A DNA stretch of 64,000 nt from an uncultured Dehalococcoidia bacterium (GTDB lineage: Bacteria; Chloroflexota; Dehalococcoidia; Lucifugimonadales; UBA2985): the NCBI GenBank assembly GCA_964578255.1, contig CAZOCC010000006.1, forward strand, positions 4,923-68,922. The letters are read 5' to 3'. Below, piece by piece: positions 62,526 through 64,000 of the stretch. The translations under genes were made by a program, and so were the position numbers. The notes under the pieces were generated by a model. That model saw nothing but the letters and a program-made list of their open reading frames with translations. It ran no database searches and was not told where the DNA came from. Numbering within the stretch: position 1 is the first letter of the stretch; the number at the start of each line of letters is the position of its first letter.

Positions 62526-62555
62526 TTGCCTTTATACGCATAAGTCGCCTATAAT
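62526..62555 (+). promoter_or_regulatory. candidate promoter for the 2-hydroxyacid dehydrogenase gene
   Basis: TTGCCT (62526-31), 18 nt spacer, TATAAT (62550-55). Confidence 0.4.
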
Positions 62556-62623
62556 GCTTAGGTCTGATCAGAATTTTATCAATTGCGAAGGAGATTTTAT
62601 ATGCTAAGACAAGGACACAGCAA

Positions 62624-63598
62624 GTGACCTCATTGATCGCTTATTTATCCCCGAGGTCGGATCACATGACTCATTTGACATCATTATGCCCAAAAGGGCA
62701 AAGCATAAAGTGGGTAGATAGCAATCAGCCAATTGAAATTCAAAGGGACCAATTAGACGGCATATTATCAGTGATTGTATCTCCCTCATACTATCCGGTT
62801 GAACTAGCAAGGATGACTAAGTCAGTGAAATTGGTTCAAACCTTAAGTGCTGGGACTGATCAAATAGACAAAGTAACCTTGGGCGAAATGGGCATAATGG
62901 TTTCAAATAACGGAGGAGGTAACGCTATATCTGTCGCTGAACTCACTGTCGGCTTGATTATAAGCACATACAGAAAATTGCAGCTCCAGTTCAACTCCGT
63001 CCAAAGTGGCAATTGGGCTGGTAACATAAGGTCCAAATGGGGCCATCAATCTCTCGAAATAGCAGGTAAGACTATAGGAATCATAGGATTGGGCCGCATA
63101 GGCCACAGGATCGCGAAAAGGCTAAACGGATGGGAATGCAACCTAGTATATAGCGACATTGTTGACATGGATAAGCAATTTGAGAGGCAACTAGGAGTAT
63201 CCAGACTGCCGCAAAATGAGTTACTGGAGACAGCAGACATCGTGACGCTTCATGTTCCCTTAAATAAATCTACTTACCACATGATCAGTGACCCTGAGTT
63301 CACCATAATGAAACCCACGGCCTTACTGATAAACGCCTCTAGGGGCCCAGTAGTAGATGAAAAAGCCTTGGCCAGAGCAATATCAGAACAGCAAATTGCA
63401 GGTGCAGCATTAGACGTGACAGAGGAAGAGCCTACATCTCCAGATAATCCCCTGTTCCAGTTTGAAAATGTCCTCATCACTCCACATCTAGCTGCCAATA
63501 CAGTGGAATCTGGTGAACGCAGTCGAGGTTTCGCGGTGGCTAACGCCACCAGAGTGGCATCGGGAGAAGAGCCAGAGTCTGTTGTTATACCTGACTAG
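62624..63598 (+). CDS. D-isomer-specific 2-hydroxyacid dehydrogenase (PGDH/GyaR-like)
   Basis: NAD fold GIIGLGRIGHRIAKRL, catalytic region NASRGPVVDE, and ITPHLAANT. Confidence 0.85.
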   Translation: MTSLIAYLSPRSDHMTHLTSLCPKGQSIKWVDSNQPIEIQRDQLDGILSVIVSPSYYPVELARMTKSVKLVQTLSAGTDQIDKVTLGEMGIMVSNNGGGNAISVAELTVGLIISTYRKLQLQFNSVQSGNWAGNIRSKWGHQSLEIAGKTIGIIGLGRIGHRIAKRLNGWECNLVYSDIVDMDKQFERQLGVSRLPQNELLETADIVTLHVPLNKSTYHMISDPEFTIMKPTALLINASRGPVVDEKALARAISEQQIAGAALDVTEEEPTSPDNPLFQFENVLITPHLAANTVESGERSRGFAVANATRVASGEEPESVVIPD

Positions 63599-63726
63599 GA
63601 ATATAATATTCGTTGGATTTTATCGAACAAAAAATGAGGAAATGCTTGTTCTTATATATCCATATAGATAGCAGTAAGTCACCTTTACACACATATTAGT
63701 GAAATTGAAAACTCGAAGGAGAAAGA

Positions 63727-64000
63727 ATGTCAGTAATTGAAAGCAAACTTCAAGCAATGGGATTATCACTCCCGAAGATATCGTCTCCTGTAGCAAACTA
63801 TGTGCCCATCGTGAGGCACGAGAATTTGCTTTTCCTTTCAGGACATATCCCTCGCGATGAAAACGGCTCTCCTCTAAAAGGACAAGTAGGTAAAGATTAT
63901 TCTACAGAACAAGCCTACAATATAGCCAAACAAGTCACATTATCACTACTGGCAACCATAAAGTCTGAGGTTGGTGACCTAGACAGAATAGACCGGATAA
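63727..64000 (+). CDS. RidA/YjgF family protein (3' end outside the window)
   Basis: ATG after AAGGAGAAAG. Translation is MSVIESKLQAMGLSLPKISSPVANYVPIVRHENLLFLSGHIP..., typical of the RidA subfamily with an N-terminal extension. Confidence 0.8.
   Translation, partial: MSVIESKLQAMGLSLPKISSPVANYVPIVRHENLLFLSGHIPRDENGSPLKGQVGKDYSTEQAYNIAKQVTLSLLATIKSEVGDLDRIDRI

Overview
Dense stretch of bacterial chromosome, roughly low-to-mid 40s % GC by eye. It uses strong GGAGG-type Shine-Dalgarno sites and frequent TTG/GTG starts. I count about 55 protein genes and 5 tRNAs (Ser-GCU, Glu-UUC, Gly-UCC, Met/Ile2-CAU, Leu-CAG). I saw no rRNA, CRISPR array, transposase, integrase or phage genes. Content is mostly housekeeping: purF-purM-purH; the aminoacyl-tRNA synthetases leuS, lysS and serS; ligA, pcrA, holB and nth; an acpS-nnr-coaX-coaBC cofactor cluster; folD, queA, typA, greA and pth. 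There is also a TetR-proV-proW / proX osmolyte uptake locus, several MFS transporters, a CaCA exchanger, a VIT1 transporter, a fused M16 peptidase, a tandem-fused family III CoA-transferase and a GT39-like glycosyltransferase. The gene content loosely suggests a marine free-living lineage (possibly Chloroflexota/SAR202-like), but that is a low-confidence guess I cannot check here. The main finding is at 46256-46765. A membrane-anchored thioredoxin-fold gene looks truncated in the ORF track, yet it reads straight through an in-frame TGA sitting at the first Cys of the CxxC redox motif (F-U-A-L-C). An 8-bp hairpin starts 3 nt after the TGA, so this is a predicted UxxC selenoprotein. Other points worth a second look: an orphan structured RNA / 16-codon ORF unit with a 15-nt perfect anti-16S Shine-Dalgarno sequestered in a hairpin (46862-47092); a pair of YfcE/MJ0936-like phosphoesterase paralogs, one of which has lost its metal-ligand motifs; an 892-aa tandem CoA-transferase whose second module seems to lack the catalytic Asp; three micro-ORFs translationally coupled to annotated genes; and about 190 nt of unassigned structured sequence between tRNA-Leu and its terminators. 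All calls rest on reading translated motifs and hand-folding. No database search or energy calculation was possible.
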